Source: Candidatus Moraniibacteriota bacterium (GTDB taxonomy: Bacteria > Patescibacteriota > Minisyncoccia > Moranbacterales > UBA1568). Taken from it: DNA of 64,000 bases. The notes under the pieces are model-generated. The model ran no database searches. It was not told where the DNA came from and worked only from the letters and a program-made list of their open reading frames with translations. Shown here piece by piece: positions 38,251 through 47,862 of the stretch. How positions within the stretch are numbered: position 1 is the first letter of the stretch; each line of letters begins with the position of its first letter. Location: assembly GCA_043743535.1 (NCBI GenBank), contig JAYTWI010000009.1, forward strand, positions 67,407-131,406, read 5' to 3'. Made by a program: the position numbers and the translations under genes.

Positions 38251-39291
38251 ATGTCGCTTTTAGAGCTCTTTTCTCCCCCATTTCTCATCGCCTTTGCTTT
38301 GACGGTAGGCAGTATGCTTCTTTTCTTGTTGGTGCCTCTTTTCAAGCGTACGGTGTGGCGGAGCGGCATGCGGCATGTAGCAAAAAAAAAGATTTCGCGC
38401 TTGGGCGGTGTAGCAATGCTCATCGCTTTTTCTGTTACTACAGTACTTGATCCTCATCTTGTCATCAGCCATGAGATTTTTGGTTTGCTCGTTGGAGTTG
38501 TTTTGGTCTGTATTTTCGGTTTGTGGGACGATATTTCTGAATTGGGCTTTAAGGTGCAGATTTTTTTTCAAGTGGCACTTGCCGCCATTCTCTATATTTT
38601 CGGGATGCGTATAGAGACGCTGACGAATCCGTTCGGTGGCGTATGGGTATTGCCAACGGAGAGTTTTGTGCTTATCGGCTTTATTTTTTTGCTCCTGTGG
38701 TTGTTTTTGGTTATGAATGCTTTCAATTGGTTGGATGGTCTTGATGGTCTTTCGGGGAGCGTTTCTTTGATTACGTTTACGACAATTTTTTTTCTTAGTT
38801 TGAAGCCGGAAGTTAATCAACCACCCATCGCTCTCCTCTCGGTCATTGGTGCTGGAGTCACTCTTGGTTTCCTTATTTTCAATATTCATCCGGCACGTAT
38901 TTTGGCTGGGACAACCGGCTCAATGTTTCTTGGCTTTCTCATTACCGTTTTGGCAGTAATCGCTGGCACTAAGATAGCAACCGCGCTTCTGGTGTTGGCG
39001 CTACCAATTGCGGATGCCCTGTGGGTGATTGGGGAGCGTGTGCGGGATAAGACATCTATATTTCAGGCTGATCAACGGCACCTGCACTTCAAATTGCAGG
39101 AACTCGGGTGGTCGGAGAGCCACATTGCTTGGTTTTTTTCCTCGGTGACTGGCTGTATTGCCCTCATTGCCTTATATACGGCCGCCATAGGAAAATTTAT
39201 TGCTATCCTCCTGGTGTTAGGGATTATTTTCTCCTTACTCCTTTTTGTGGCGAGAAAGACTCGGCTAAAACAGCATGAAAAAACCGTATGA
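38251..39291 (+). CDS. MraY/WecA family polyprenyl-phosphate HexNAc-1-phosphate transferase
   Basis: RLGGVAM, GLWDD, MNAFNWLDGLDGL, FNIHPARI, HLHFKL. Confidence 0.9.
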   Translation: MSLLELFSPPFLIAFALTVGSMLLFLLVPLFKRTVWRSGMRHVAKKKISRLGGVAMLIAFSVTTVLDPHLVISHEIFGLLVGVVLVCIFGLWDDISELGFKVQIFFQVALAAILYIFGMRIETLTNPFGGVWVLPTESFVLIGFIFLLLWLFLVMNAFNWLDGLDGLSGSVSLITFTTIFFLSLKPEVNQPPIALLSVIGAGVTLGFLIFNIHPARILAGTTGSMFLGFLITVLAVIAGTKIATALLVLALPIADALWVIGERVRDKTSIFQADQRHLHFKLQELGWSESHIAWFFSSVTGCIALIALYTAAIGKFIAILLVLGIIFSLLLFVARKTRLKQHEKTV

Positions 39292-39752
39292 ATGGCTTGA
39301 CAAAGAAACGAGCATTAGTAATTTTCGGCATCATTCTGTGTGGCCTCTTTTTTTGGACTGTGCAAAAACAACGGCGGGTACCAGCATTTGTGCCACAGGC
39401 TGTTTTGGTACAGGACAAGACCTTTACGCTCGAACTGGCCGTTACGCCAGAACAAATGGCCCTCGGTTTGGGGGAGCGGACAAACTTGTGTGATACCTGT
39501 GCGATGCTGTTCGTTTTTGACCGACCAGGGCGGCAGGCTTTCTGGATGAAGGGGATGCTTTTTTCCTTGGATATCGTTTGGTTACTCGATGATACGGTAG
39601 TGCATATCGAACGCGATATCCGAGCCACCACCACGGATATTTTTACCCCAAAGGAAAGGGCGAATCGTGTGCTTGAATGGAATGCTGGCGCCGGTAAAGG
39701 TCTAGAAGTGGGGGATCATGTAATTTTTTCAGGAGATACGCTTGGTCAGTAG
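39288..39752 (+). CDS. DUF192 family protein
   Basis: ELAVTPEQMALGL, MLFVF, FWMKGM.FSLDIVW, VLEWNAG. Confidence 0.9.
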   Translation: MNGLTKKRALVIFGIILCGLFFWTVQKQRRVPAFVPQAVLVQDKTFTLELAVTPEQMALGLGERTNLCDTCAMLFVFDRPGRQAFWMKGMLFSLDIVWLLDDTVVHIERDIRATTTDIFTPKERANRVLEWNAGAGKGLEVGDHVIFSGDTLGQ

Positions 39753-39774
39753 TAGTTTAGTGATTTTCCCCAAT

Positions 39775-39802
39775 ATAAAACCCCGCCGTTGCGGGGTTTT
39801 AT
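39775..39802. terminator. Bidirectional terminator between convergent genes
   Basis: ATAAAACCCCGC-cgtt-GCGGGGTTTTAT. Confidence 0.85.
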
Positions 39803-39842
39803 CATTTTCTCGAGAAAAGAACGGATGTCTGTCGTAAACGGT

Positions 39843-40442
39843 CTAGCGGTAAGCGCTGACGCGGGCAGAATACTTTTTCAGATTTTGTAGCTGATGGTCG
39901 TTTAAGGTCTTTGATTTCTCGATGGCTTGATGGATCAAATCCTTGGAGAAATCAATTGAGGTCTTGGAATTCACTGATCCATGAAAGGGTACGTGCTTAC
40001 GTAGGTAATCCTCGATATAGACTTTGTGTTCCGAGGTCAATGAGGAGTCGGTATTCTTTTCGAGGTAGTGAGCGAGTGCGCGGCGGGCCAAATGAGTAGT
40101 ACCGTTCCCGCGTTCTGCTTGTTCCACGAAAGAGGCTTCGGTCTCATGACTAAGTTCCGGAGTGACGACGACGCCAGCTTTCATTGATGCAGGAGTTGTT
40201 TCCTGTGACTTCCCCTGGTCAGGAGTAGTTGTCTCGGCATCCTGTTTCCCGAGCGTGTCTAAGAGTGTATTCGTATCATCAGAGAGCGATTGTTGCGAGC
40301 GCTGGGAGTATGAATAAATCCCGAGGGCGATAGCCGCAACAATGAAGATGCTAACGATAATGCGGAGATTCTCTTGCACCCACATTTTGGCTTGATTAAC
40401 GGAAGTATCTTCTTCTTCGAACATCGGATCCTGGCTTTCCAT
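39843..40442 (-). CDS. Single-TM hypothetical protein with extracellular domain (possibly LysM-like)
   Basis: TM IIVSIFIVAAIALGIYSY; AERGNGTTHLARRAL...YIEDYL; GAGGTG SD upstream. Confidence 0.7.
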   Translation of the reverse strand: MESQDPMFEEEDTSVNQAKMWVQENLRIIVSIFIVAAIALGIYSYSQRSQQSLSDDTNTLLDTLGKQDAETTTPDQGKSQETTPASMKAGVVVTPELSHETEASFVEQAERGNGTTHLARRALAHYLEKNTDSSLTSEHKVYIEDYLRKHVPFHGSVNSKTSIDFSKDLIHQAIEKSKTLNDHQLQNLKKYSARVSAYR

Positions 40443-41055
40443 AAAGTTCACCTCTCTTTCTAGTGTTAGACAAATTTTGAAAGTGCTGCTTGCGTTGAAG
40501 CTTTGGCTCTTGGAAGTTTTGAGATTCCAACAGCTGGATCGACCTCCTGTTTCTTCATAGTAAGACCTGAAAAATCGCTTGTCAACTGGACAAAGTAACG
40601 CCTTTTCAGCCTAATGCCAATTATTTCTTGAGGTTCGCTCATCGCACCCGTTACCACCTACTTCACAGAGAATAAAAAGGAAAAAAATTTTCGAAACGTG
40701 CTCCTTCAAATGTTTGTGAAAAAACATAATTTGTCGAGCGGGGAGTCGGCATGAGAGTCGGGATTTGAAAGGTGTCAACGTCATATGAAATGAGAGAAGC
40801 AAATGAATACTAAAAAATATTTTATGTGGTGAAATTTTTTGGTTGCATTTTTTGTTTCGACTCTTGACAGTATTTTTTTCTCTTTGCATTTTTCAAAAAA
40901 AGTGTATAATAAATGTAGACAGAAATAATTTCTGTGTCACACACAAAAAAAGAATTGTGTTGTGCAAAATAAAAAAATAAATCCTTACGTCTTTCTCTGG
41001 TGAGTGAACGTACTCGTAAGAAGAGGGGCGAAGGTTTGAAGGGAGGTGAAACATT

Positions 41056-41160
41056 ATGGCAGCTAAGAAAAAAGCAGCTAAGAAAGTAGCAAAGAAGAAA
41101 GTAGCTAAGAAGAAGACCGCCAAGAAAGTTACCAAGAAGAAGACCGCCAAGCGCAAATAA
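41056..41160 (+). CDS. Histone H1-like Lys/Ala-rich microprotein (34 aa), absent from the ORF track
   Basis: MAAKKKAAKKVAKKKVAKKKTAKKVTKKKTAKRK; SD GGGAGGTG; TATAAT at 40905; terminator downstream. Confidence 0.8.
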   Translation: MAAKKKAAKKVAKKKVAKKKTAKKVTKKKTAKRK

Positions 41161-41193
41161 TTTTGCCACAAAGTCTTTTTGTGAAATACAAAC

Positions 41194-41230
41194 AAAAAAT
41201 TCCCACTGCCTGTCGGCGGAGGGATTTTTT
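41194..41230. terminator. Bidirectional terminator
   Basis: AAAAAATTCCC...GGGATTTTTT imperfect hairpin between convergent genes. Confidence 0.65.
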
Positions 41231-41248
41231 GTTACATGAAAAGGCCTT

Positions 41249-42157
41249 CTATTTTTTGATTATTGCCATGATAATGCGCTTTTTTCCAGCCAAATCAGGT
41301 ATGACTGACACGCTAGCGGTTGGAAAAGTATCCACTATGTATGCTCTCATTGGTGTCGCTTGTTCGGGGCTGATTTCGAAGAGGACGATGATCTCTTGAG
41401 GGAGTTCGCCATGGTGCACGCTTAGTTCTCGGCAACAGCGGAGATAATGATCGAGGCCATGCTCGCCGCTTATGAGAGCGCTCACCGGCTCATAGCGGAT
41501 ATCGGCGGCTGTTTTCGCGTAGAGTTTTTCTGAAACATAAGGAAGATTGGCCAAGAGGATAAGTATGTCGGCTTGCGAAAAGAGGGATACATAAGGAGCA
41601 ATGAGTGATCCATGACGGAAGACGATGGGCGGGAGTGGTGCGAGCCTCCGGGCATTTTTTTTTGCCACACGTAGTGCTCGGGTAGACAGGTCACTACCAT
41701 AAAAGGCAATGCGCTTCAGAGAAAGTGTTGTCGATGCGAGTGTCTTGGCAAGTGCAATGATGATGTTGCCACTACCCGTGCCGATATCGGCGCAGATAAT
41801 TTTCTGATGTGTATCAGTAGACAACCGATTTGTTAGAAGGACACTTACTTGTTCAACCATGATTTCTGTTTCCGGTCTCGGGATGAGTGTATCGTTTGTT
41901 ACGTGAAAGTCGAAGCCATAGAATTCCTTGTGGCCAGTGATGTAGGCGATTGGTTCATGCTGTATACGTCTGGTAGCGTACTGTTCGAATCGGCGCCTGG
42001 GAGCACTCTTTATGACGTATTCAGGGTGAGCGAGCAAGAATACCTTTTCTTGCCCGGTAGCGTGAGCTAACAGGATAAAAAAATCTTCCGGCAAGAGGAG
42101 CGGAAGGTGGAATTTCGCGAGGGCGGAAACGGTTGTCATAGCGAGAAGGGGTGACAT
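41249..42157 (-). CDS. prmC: Release factor glutamine methyltransferase
   Basis: EPIAYITGHKEFYG, TLIPRPETE, DIGTGSG, ANLPY. Confidence 0.95.
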   Translation of the reverse strand: MSPLLAMTTVSALAKFHLPLLLPEDFFILLAHATGQEKVFLLAHPEYVIKSAPRRRFEQYATRRIQHEPIAYITGHKEFYGFDFHVTNDTLIPRPETEIMVEQVSVLLTNRLSTDTHQKIICADIGTGSGNIIIALAKTLASTTLSLKRIAFYGSDLSTRALRVAKKNARRLAPLPPIVFRHGSLIAPYVSLFSQADILILLANLPYVSEKLYAKTAADIRYEPVSALISGEHGLDHYLRCCRELSVHHGELPQEIIVLFEISPEQATPMRAYIVDTFPTASVSVIPDLAGKKRIIMAIIKK

Positions 42158-43239
42158 TATGACTGTTTTTCCAATTTACGACGGATATCTTCTGCTTCCA
42201 GCGCGTCTAAAATGGGGTCGAGACCACCGCTTAAGATAGTGGGGATGTTACTCCATGACTGTTTGATGCGATGATCCGTCACGCGATCTTGGGGATAATT
42301 GTAGGTGCGAATTTTCTCGCTCCGATCTCCGGTGCCGATCTGGTCGCGCCTCGCATCGCCTAGTTCTTTGTTCTGACGGTCTTCTTCCAGTTGATAGAGG
42401 CGGGAACGCAAAACCTTCATCGCTTTGTCTTTGTTTTTTATCTGAGATTTCTCATCCTGACAACTGACTACCAGGCCGGAGGGCATATGGGTAATGCGCA
42501 CGGCACTGTAGGTGGTGTTGACTGACTGGCCACCAGGGCCGGAGGAACAGAAGGTATCGATGCGCAAATCAGTGGGGTTGATGGTAATTTCCACGTCTTC
42601 AATTTGTGGTAGGACTGCTACCGTGGCGGTCGAGGTGTGGATGCGCCCAGCCTTTTCTGTCTCTGGCACCCGCTGTACACGATGTACGCCAGATTCGTAC
42701 TTCATTTTTTGATAAACGGAAAGAGTGCTGCCAGCGTGGTTGATTTCAAAAACTACCTCTTTGAAGCCACCAACCTCAGTTTGGTTTGAGTGGAGTATTT
42801 CGACGCGCCAGCCTTGCTTTTCGGCATAGTGGGTATACGTGCGGAAGAGCTCGGCTGCAAAAAGCGATGATTCATCGCCACCGGCTCCGCCTCGAATTTC
42901 GACGATGATATCTTTGCTGTCGTTCTTGTCTTTGGGTAAGAGAAGCTTGGTTAGCTCTGCCTCGAGAGCTGATTTTTCTACTGATAAAGCCATATTTTCT
43001 TCCATGGCCAGTGTTTTGAGCTCGTCATCAGCCTCATCGGAATGAGTGAGTTCGGCATTGTCACGCATATTTTTTTCTACAGCCCGAAAACGCTCGATTC
43101 TAGACACGATGGTATCGAGCTCTGCTTTGCGTCTGCCTAAAGTGGCGAACTTTTTGTTGTCGCGGACGACGCCTGGATCATTGAGCAGTGCTGTGACCTC
43201 CTGGTATTCGCGTTCAATTCCGGTGAGCAGTTCTTGCAT
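42157..43239 (-). CDS. prfA: Peptide chain release factor 1
   Basis: VQRVPETE (PxT), [18 protein letters not shown]. Confidence 0.98.
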   Translation of the reverse strand: MQELLTGIEREYQEVTALLNDPGVVRDNKKFATLGRRKAELDTIVSRIERFRAVEKNMRDNAELTHSDEADDELKTLAMEENMALSVEKSALEAELTKLLLPKDKNDSKDIIVEIRGGAGGDESSLFAAELFRTYTHYAEKQGWRVEILHSNQTEVGGFKEVVFEINHAGSTLSVYQKMKYESGVHRVQRVPETEKAGRIHTSTATVAVLPQIEDVEITINPTDLRIDTFCSSGPGGQSVNTTYSAVRITHMPSGLVVSCQDEKSQIKNKDKAMKVLRSRLYQLEEDRQNKELGDARRDQIGTGDRSEKIRTYNYPQDRVTDHRIKQSWSNIPTILSGGLDPILDALEAEDIRRKLEKQS

Positions 43240-43276
43240 AGGTCAAAAAGTCATGGTTCAAAATGTGAAATTGAAG

Positions 43277-43358
43277 AATAACAGGTATTCACCTGATTTT
43301 ACCAGCACTCGCTCGGAAACAAAAGTGCACTTTTGTTTCACTCGCTTCGTTTGGTAAT
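43277..43358 (+). repeat. Dispersed ~82-bp palindromic repeat, copy A
   Basis: AATAACAGGTATTCACCTGATTTTACCAGCACTCGCT...CTTCGTTTGGTAAT; homologous to 51232-51313 (inverted) and 60938-61021. Confidence 0.9.
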
Positions 43359-43472
43359 AGATACATTGTTAGTATACTCCATTGCAAAAGAAAAACCCCA
43401 TTGGTTTGGGATTTTTCAGTGTTTTTTCGAGATAAAAATGGACAGAGAAAAAAACCACCAGTCGTGAAGGTG

Positions 43473-43751
43473 CTACGCTTTGGCCGGCTTTGTGGGCTTG
43501 GCTTCTTTCTCGGTTTTTGGTGCCTTTTTGCGGGCTACCTGGGCGGCCTGCGTCTTGGCTGTCATTTTTTTGAAGCGATCTACGCGGCCGGTAGTGTCAA
43601 TAACCTTCTTCTTACCGGTGTAGAGGGGATGGCATAGCGCGCAGATTTCCGTGTGCATTGCTTCCACGGTTGAGCCGGTTGTCAAAACCGCTCCGCAGGC
43701 GCAGGTAATAGTTGCTTCCGTGTAGTAGGTCGGATGAATGCCTTTTTTCAT
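43473..43751 (-). CDS. rpmE: 50S ribosomal protein L31 (Zn-binding type)
   Basis: MKKGIHPTY, CACG, CALCHPLYTG, GRVDRF. Confidence 0.97.
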   Translation of the reverse strand: MKKGIHPTYYTEATITCACGAVLTTGSTVEAMHTEICALCHPLYTGKKKVIDTTGRVDRFKKMTAKTQAAQVARKKAPKTEKEAKPTKPAKA

Positions 43752-43877
43752 AAAGATGAGGAAGATAAAGATTTTTCAGTCATGTAGCCACGAGTCTAGC
43801 ACGGTATGGTGAAATTGGCAAGCACGCCTCGTCCGCGCACGATGAGACTGGTTCATATAGCGGAAAATCCCAGTAAT

Positions 43878-43906
43878 TTGCCAAAAAGCAGCCCCTCTGC
43901 TAGACT
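43878..43906 (+). promoter_or_regulatory. rpsB-tsf promoter
   Basis: TTGCCA-17 bp-TAGACT with TG upstream of -10. Confidence 0.6.
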
Positions 43907-43960
43907 AATCACTGTATTTTCCAGACTCTTCTCTCTCTAGAGTAAGAGCTGAAAATCAGA

Positions 43961-44053
43961 CATACTTTCTGTTCGATCCCTTCCTGGTCTGCGCTCCGCA
44001 GCGCTTCGGGATCTGAAGCAGGCGGAAAGTAGGTGGCTCTTTTGAGAAAGAGC
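43961..44053 (+). promoter_or_regulatory. Structured rpsB 5' leader (probable S2 autoregulatory RNA)
   Basis: Nested stems TACTTTC/GAAAGTA and GATCCC/GGGATC, plus a GCTCTT/AAGAGC hairpin, upstream of rpsB. Confidence 0.5.
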
Positions 44054-44081
44054 GTTAAGGTAATTCATAAAGAATAACAGT

Positions 44082-44930
44082 ATGACTGAGGTCACTACGA
44101 CTGAAGCGGAAGTTGAAGCGTCGCAAAAAGCTTCGGAAGAGCCTGCGAACTATTTCGCCACGGTGGATTTTGACAAGCTCGACGTCAGCTTGGAGGGTCT
44201 CCTCAAGGCGGGTGTCCACTTTGGGCATTTGAAGTCGCGTCGTCATCCGAAGATGGATGAATATATCTATACCACGCGCAAGAACATCAATATCGTCAAT
44301 TTACAGAAGACGGTAGAGAAGATGGAAAAGGCTAGCGCTTTTTTGATCAGTGTTGTCAAAAGTGGCAAACCGATTCTTTTTGTCGGTATGAAGAAGCAAA
44401 CTCACGATACCATCACTGGTATCGCCAAGCAGACTGGTCAGTACTATATGGTGGATCGTTGGCTCGGTGGGACACTGACTAACTTTGTGGCCATCCGCTC
44501 ACGGGCGCGGCATTTGGTTGATTTGCAGGCCAAGTTTGCTCAAGGTGAGTTTAAGAAATATACGAAGTTTGAGCAGGCTAAAAAGATGGAAGAGGTAGCA
44601 CGTCTCGAAAAGAAAGTGGGAGGTATCAAGGGGATGGAAGAGATGCCAGGCGCTATTGTCATCGCTGATGTTAAAGAGGCTGGTTTGGTTCTTCACGAAG
44701 CCAATAAGATGAATGTGCCGATTGTTGGTATCGTTGATACCAACACCGATCCTTCCCGTGTTGATTATCCAATTCCCGGCAATGATGATGCTCTGTCATC
44801 GCTCCGTCTCCTCTTTGGTTTCTTGGGGAAGACGGTCATACAGGCTAAGGCTGCACACATTGCACAAAAAGAAAGTGTTCTCGCCAAAGAAAAAGGAGCG
44901 ACTGAAAAAACAACAGAGACAAAGGCTTAA
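44082..44930 (+). CDS. rpsB: 30S ribosomal protein S2
   Basis: LLKAGVHFGH, RWLGGTLTNF, DTNTDP, IPGNDD. Confidence 0.98.
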   Translation: MTEVTTTEAEVEASQKASEEPANYFATVDFDKLDVSLEGLLKAGVHFGHLKSRRHPKMDEYIYTTRKNINIVNLQKTVEKMEKASAFLISVVKSGKPILFVGMKKQTHDTITGIAKQTGQYYMVDRWLGGTLTNFVAIRSRARHLVDLQAKFAQGEFKKYTKFEQAKKMEEVARLEKKVGGIKGMEEMPGAIVIADVKEAGLVLHEANKMNVPIVGIVDTNTDPSRVDYPIPGNDDALSSLRLLFGFLGKTVIQAKAAHIAQKESVLAKEKGATEKTTETKA

Positions 44931-44991
44931 TTGTTTTTTATTTTGGGGCTCAATTGAGGGAGCGCTAAGCAAAAATCTAAAAGCAAAAGGT

Positions 44992-45576
44992 ATGAGTCAA
45001 ATGGAACAAATCAAGGCTCTGCGGGAAAAAACCGGAGCCGGTATCGTGGATGTCAAAAAAGCCCTCGATGAAGCAGGCTATGATGAGGCCAAAGCGATCG
45101 AATTATTGCGCAAGCGTGGTCAGGATAAGGCTTTGAAAAAAGGTGATCGTGAAACTCACGAGGGGATAGTTGTCGCCTATATCCATTCCAACCAACGCAT
45201 CGGCGCTATGGTCAAACTCTATTGTGAGACCGATTTCGTCGCACGTACCGATGAATTTCAGGAATTGGGGCGTGATATTGCCATGCAGGTAGCCGCTTCG
45301 ATGCCACAGTATATCAGGCCGGAAGAAGTGCCGATGGAGGTCATAGAGAAGGAGAAAGCTATCTGGCAGGAACAGCTCAAGGCTGAAGGCAAGCCAGATT
45401 CGATGTTGGAGAAAATCATGGCCGGCAAGGAAGCAAAATTCCGCAACGAGATCTCGCTCTTGACCCAGTTTTTCGTTAAGGATCCTTCGAAAACCATCGG
45501 GGAATTGCTGGCTGAGAAAATTCACAAGATGGGCGAGAATATCCAGGTCGGGTCATTTGTCCGTTATGACATGTAG
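44992..45576 (+). CDS. tsf: Elongation factor Ts (short form)
   Basis: LREKTGAGIVDVKKAL, CETDFVA, DIAMQVAA; start reassigned to MSQMEQ. Confidence 0.97.
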   Translation: MSQMEQIKALREKTGAGIVDVKKALDEAGYDEAKAIELLRKRGQDKALKKGDRETHEGIVVAYIHSNQRIGAMVKLYCETDFVARTDEFQELGRDIAMQVAASMPQYIRPEEVPMEVIEKEKAIWQEQLKAEGKPDSMLEKIMAGKEAKFRNEISLLTQFFVKDPSKTIGELLAEKIHKMGENIQVGSFVRYDM

Positions 45577-45635
45577 GTCACCAGGCGGAACACTGAGCGA
45601 GGAAAGATGCGTAACTCACAAAAAAACAGACGGGC

Positions 45636-46430
45636 ATGTGGTATCTGATTGTTCCACCGATTATTGTCATTTCGAGTACCACTTTCTTGTTGTGGTATTT
45701 GTCACGCAAGGGGGCTGACCCGACTGTTGCTCGTCGTGTTTCAGAGGTAGAGGATTCCATCGAGGCACCAGCCTTTTCACGCACCAAATCTTTCTTACTG
45801 CGCCTGTTGGAAAAATTGGCTCAGCGTTTCAAAGTGGGGTCACTTCAGGCACATAATGCTATGAATGAGTTGTCGCAGTTTTTGCGTGAGAAACGGCGCC
45901 AAGCACAAGAGCAAATTTCGACGAAAAGAGAGATGACAGGTGAAAAAGTCTTGCTCGGACAAGTAACCGATGAAGAAAAGGAGTCGCCATTGGCGCGCTT
46001 TATGAAGAAAACTGGTGCTTTGCCTGCTCCAGCCACAATGAGAGAGGAGCGGCAGGGAATGGCTGTACCCCCCTTGGGTATGTCGGACAAAAGTATCTCT
46101 TTCCGGGAGGACTTAAGTGCCCCTATTCTGCGCAAACGTAAAGAAACGCTCTCACGTCCGATGGTGAGCGAAGTGGCCATGCATCCAGAAGGGCAAGAGA
46201 AGAAAGTCGTGCAATACAGCGCTTTGGAAGAACGATTGATTGCGAGGATCGCCGTTAATCCTAAGGATTTCACCGCTTATGAAGAGTTGGGCGATTATTA
46301 TCTCGAAATGAAAAGTATTACCGACGCCAAGGAATGTTATCGTCAGGTATTGAAACTTTCCCCAGTCCATCGCATGGTCAAAATTAAGATTCGCCGTCTC
46401 GAGAAACTCTTGACGAGGAGCGGGGAATAA
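45636..46430 (+). CDS. Membrane-anchored protein with C-terminal TPR
   Basis: N-terminal TM; NPKDFTAYEELGDYYLEM....DAKECYRQVLKLSP. Confidence 0.75.
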   Translation: MWYLIVPPIIVISSTTFLLWYLSRKGADPTVARRVSEVEDSIEAPAFSRTKSFLLRLLEKLAQRFKVGSLQAHNAMNELSQFLREKRRQAQEQISTKREMTGEKVLLGQVTDEEKESPLARFMKKTGALPAPATMREERQGMAVPPLGMSDKSISFREDLSAPILRKRKETLSRPMVSEVAMHPEGQEKKVVQYSALEERLIARIAVNPKDFTAYEELGDYYLEMKSITDAKECYRQVLKLSPVHRMVKIKIRRLEKLLTRSGE

Positions 46431-46453
46431 TGAGAAGCTGAAAAAGCTTTCAT

Positions 46454-46526
46454 GCCACCCTAGCTCAGTTGGTAGAGCAACGCACTTGTAATGCGTGGGT
46501 CGTCGGTTCGAGTCCGACGGGTGGCT
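46454..46526 (+). tRNA. tRNA-Thr(TGT)
   Basis: Cloverleaf; anticodon arm ACGCA-CTTGTAA-TGCGT; GTTCGAGTC. Confidence 0.97.
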
Positions 46527-46590
46527 CACAATGTTGATTCTTATTGAATTTCGTTGTAAATTTTTAGTTGTACGTTGTTAGTTAAAAAAT

Positions 46591-46673
46591 GGGTAGGTGG
46601 TAGAGTGGTCTATTACAACAGACTGTAAATCTGTCGGCTTCGGCCTTCGGGGGTTCGAATCCCTCCCTACCCA
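46591..46673 (+). tRNA. tRNA-Tyr(GTA)
   Basis: GGGTAGG/CCTACCC acceptor stem, ACAGA-CTGTAAA-TCTGT, long variable arm. Confidence 0.97.
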
Positions 46674-46680
46674 CAAATTG

Positions 46681-46721
46681 AAACTAAAAGCCCTGGATTG
46701 TTCCAGGGCTTTTAGTTTTTT
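46681..46721 (+). terminator. Terminator after tRNA-Tyr
   Basis: AAACTAAAAGCCCTGGA-ttgt-TCCAGGGCTTTTAGTTT. Confidence 0.85.
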
Positions 46722-46722
46722 A

Positions 46723-46874
46723 TGATAGGAGGAAGTGAACTGCTTCACTTCCGAGAGGGGTGAGAAAGACGGAGTGATGTTTCGCGAGCACGCGAAACCA
46801 CGAGTCGGGGTCGCGGAAATCTGCTCGTGACGGCGAGCGGATTATCTGTGACCGAATCCCTCCCTACCCACAAA
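46723..46874 (+). other. Multi-hairpin element ending in a 22-bp duplicate of the tRNA-Tyr 3' end
   Basis: CGAATCCCTCCCTACCCACAAA at 46656-46677 and 46853-46874; hairpins GGAAGTGAA/TTCACTTCC, GTTTCGCG/CGCGAAAC, GGTCGCGGA/TCTGTGACC. Confidence 0.85.
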
Positions 46875-46923
46875 AACTAAGACAGCTCTCGTCAGGGTGC
46901 TGTTTTTGTGATTAGATTGAGGT

Positions 46924-47013
46924 ATGAAGAAATTTGCAGGAAAAGTAGCTGTTATTACTGGCGTCAGTCGCAAGAAAGGCATCGGTTTTGCTGTGGCAAG
47001 GCGAGTACCTTGA
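46924..47013 (+). pseudogene. N-terminal stub of an SDR oxidoreductase
   Basis: MKKFAGKVAVITGVSRKKGIGFAVARR then stop; GAGG RBS. Confidence 0.75.
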
Positions 47014-47173
47014 AGCAGGATTGAGAAATTTTTTCGTCAGGAAAAATATTCGTGATCTAATCCGGTTGTTTCATCTCTGTTTATAAAAATAACCCTCGTC
47101 AGAGAATCATTTTTGGGATCAGATGAAGTCTATAAATAAGTTTGAAAATTTACCCCAAGCTTCGCCCAATTAT

Positions 47174-47713
47174 ATGAACGCAATTATTCTTCATGGAACA
47201 GGAACAAAGAATAATGAATTTTGGTTTCCATATTTGAAAAAAGAACTAGAATCATTGGGCTACGAAGTATGGCTTCCGCAACTTCCTAACGATGAATGCC
47301 CAAACCTGAATAATTGGCTCCCGTTTATCTTTTCAAATGGAAAATTTACTAAAGACACTATTCTTATCGGTCATTCGGCAGGATCTCAAGTAATTCTCAG
47401 TGTCCTTGAGAATATCGATGTTACTATAAAGAAAGCTATTTTAGTATCTGGTTACGCTAAAACGTTACGGAAAAATACAAAGGGTGAAAAAGTCGAAGGT
47501 GAACCGAACTGGAGAGTTATTAAACTACATGCCAAAGAATTTATTTTTATCAATTCGGATAATGATCCTTGGGGCTGTGATGACACGCAAGGGAGGATGA
47601 TGCAAGAAAACCTTGGCGGACAATTGATTATTCGCCATGATGGTCATATGGGGTCAACCACATATAATCAGCCCTACAAAGAGTTTCCGCTTCTGGTAGA
47701 ATTAGTGAAATAG
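47174..47713 (+). CDS. RBBP9/YdeN family alpha/beta hydrolase
   Basis: IILHG, WFPYLKKELE, LIGHSAG, SDNDPW, GH; AT-rich; start 47174 or 47123. Confidence 0.88.
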   Translation: MNAIILHGTGTKNNEFWFPYLKKELESLGYEVWLPQLPNDECPNLNNWLPFIFSNGKFTKDTILIGHSAGSQVILSVLENIDVTIKKAILVSGYAKTLRKNTKGEKVEGEPNWRVIKLHAKEFIFINSDNDPWGCDDTQGRMMQENLGGQLIIRHDGHMGSTTYNQPYKEFPLLVELVK

Positions 47714-47749
47714 TTTCCAACGTGAATTCTCCTCAGAGTCTTAGTGCTT

Positions 47750-47818
47750 ATGACCCAACCAAATATATTCTTCATCACTGGAGTAAATGGCGTAGGGGAA
47801 AGTATGCTTATTTTTTAG
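47750..47818 (+). pseudogene. N-terminal stub of a P-loop kinase/AAA gene
   Basis: MTQPNIFFITGVNGVGES then stop (broken Walker A). Confidence 0.6.
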
Positions 47819-47862
47819 AATTTTGTATTAAGACAGAAGCAGCACATTATATTCCTTGATTT

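Noticed and set aside
40466-40657. Small minus-strand ORF upstream of 40442
   Set aside because: No recognisable motif or clear RBS; cannot be supported
40822-41195. Hydrophobic minus-strand ORFs (FFLATFFFATFL)
   Set aside because: Antisense reading of the Lys-rich microprotein codons
44713-44991. Long N-terminal extension of EF-Ts in the ORF track
   Set aside because: Overlaps rpsB; homology starts at ATG 44992
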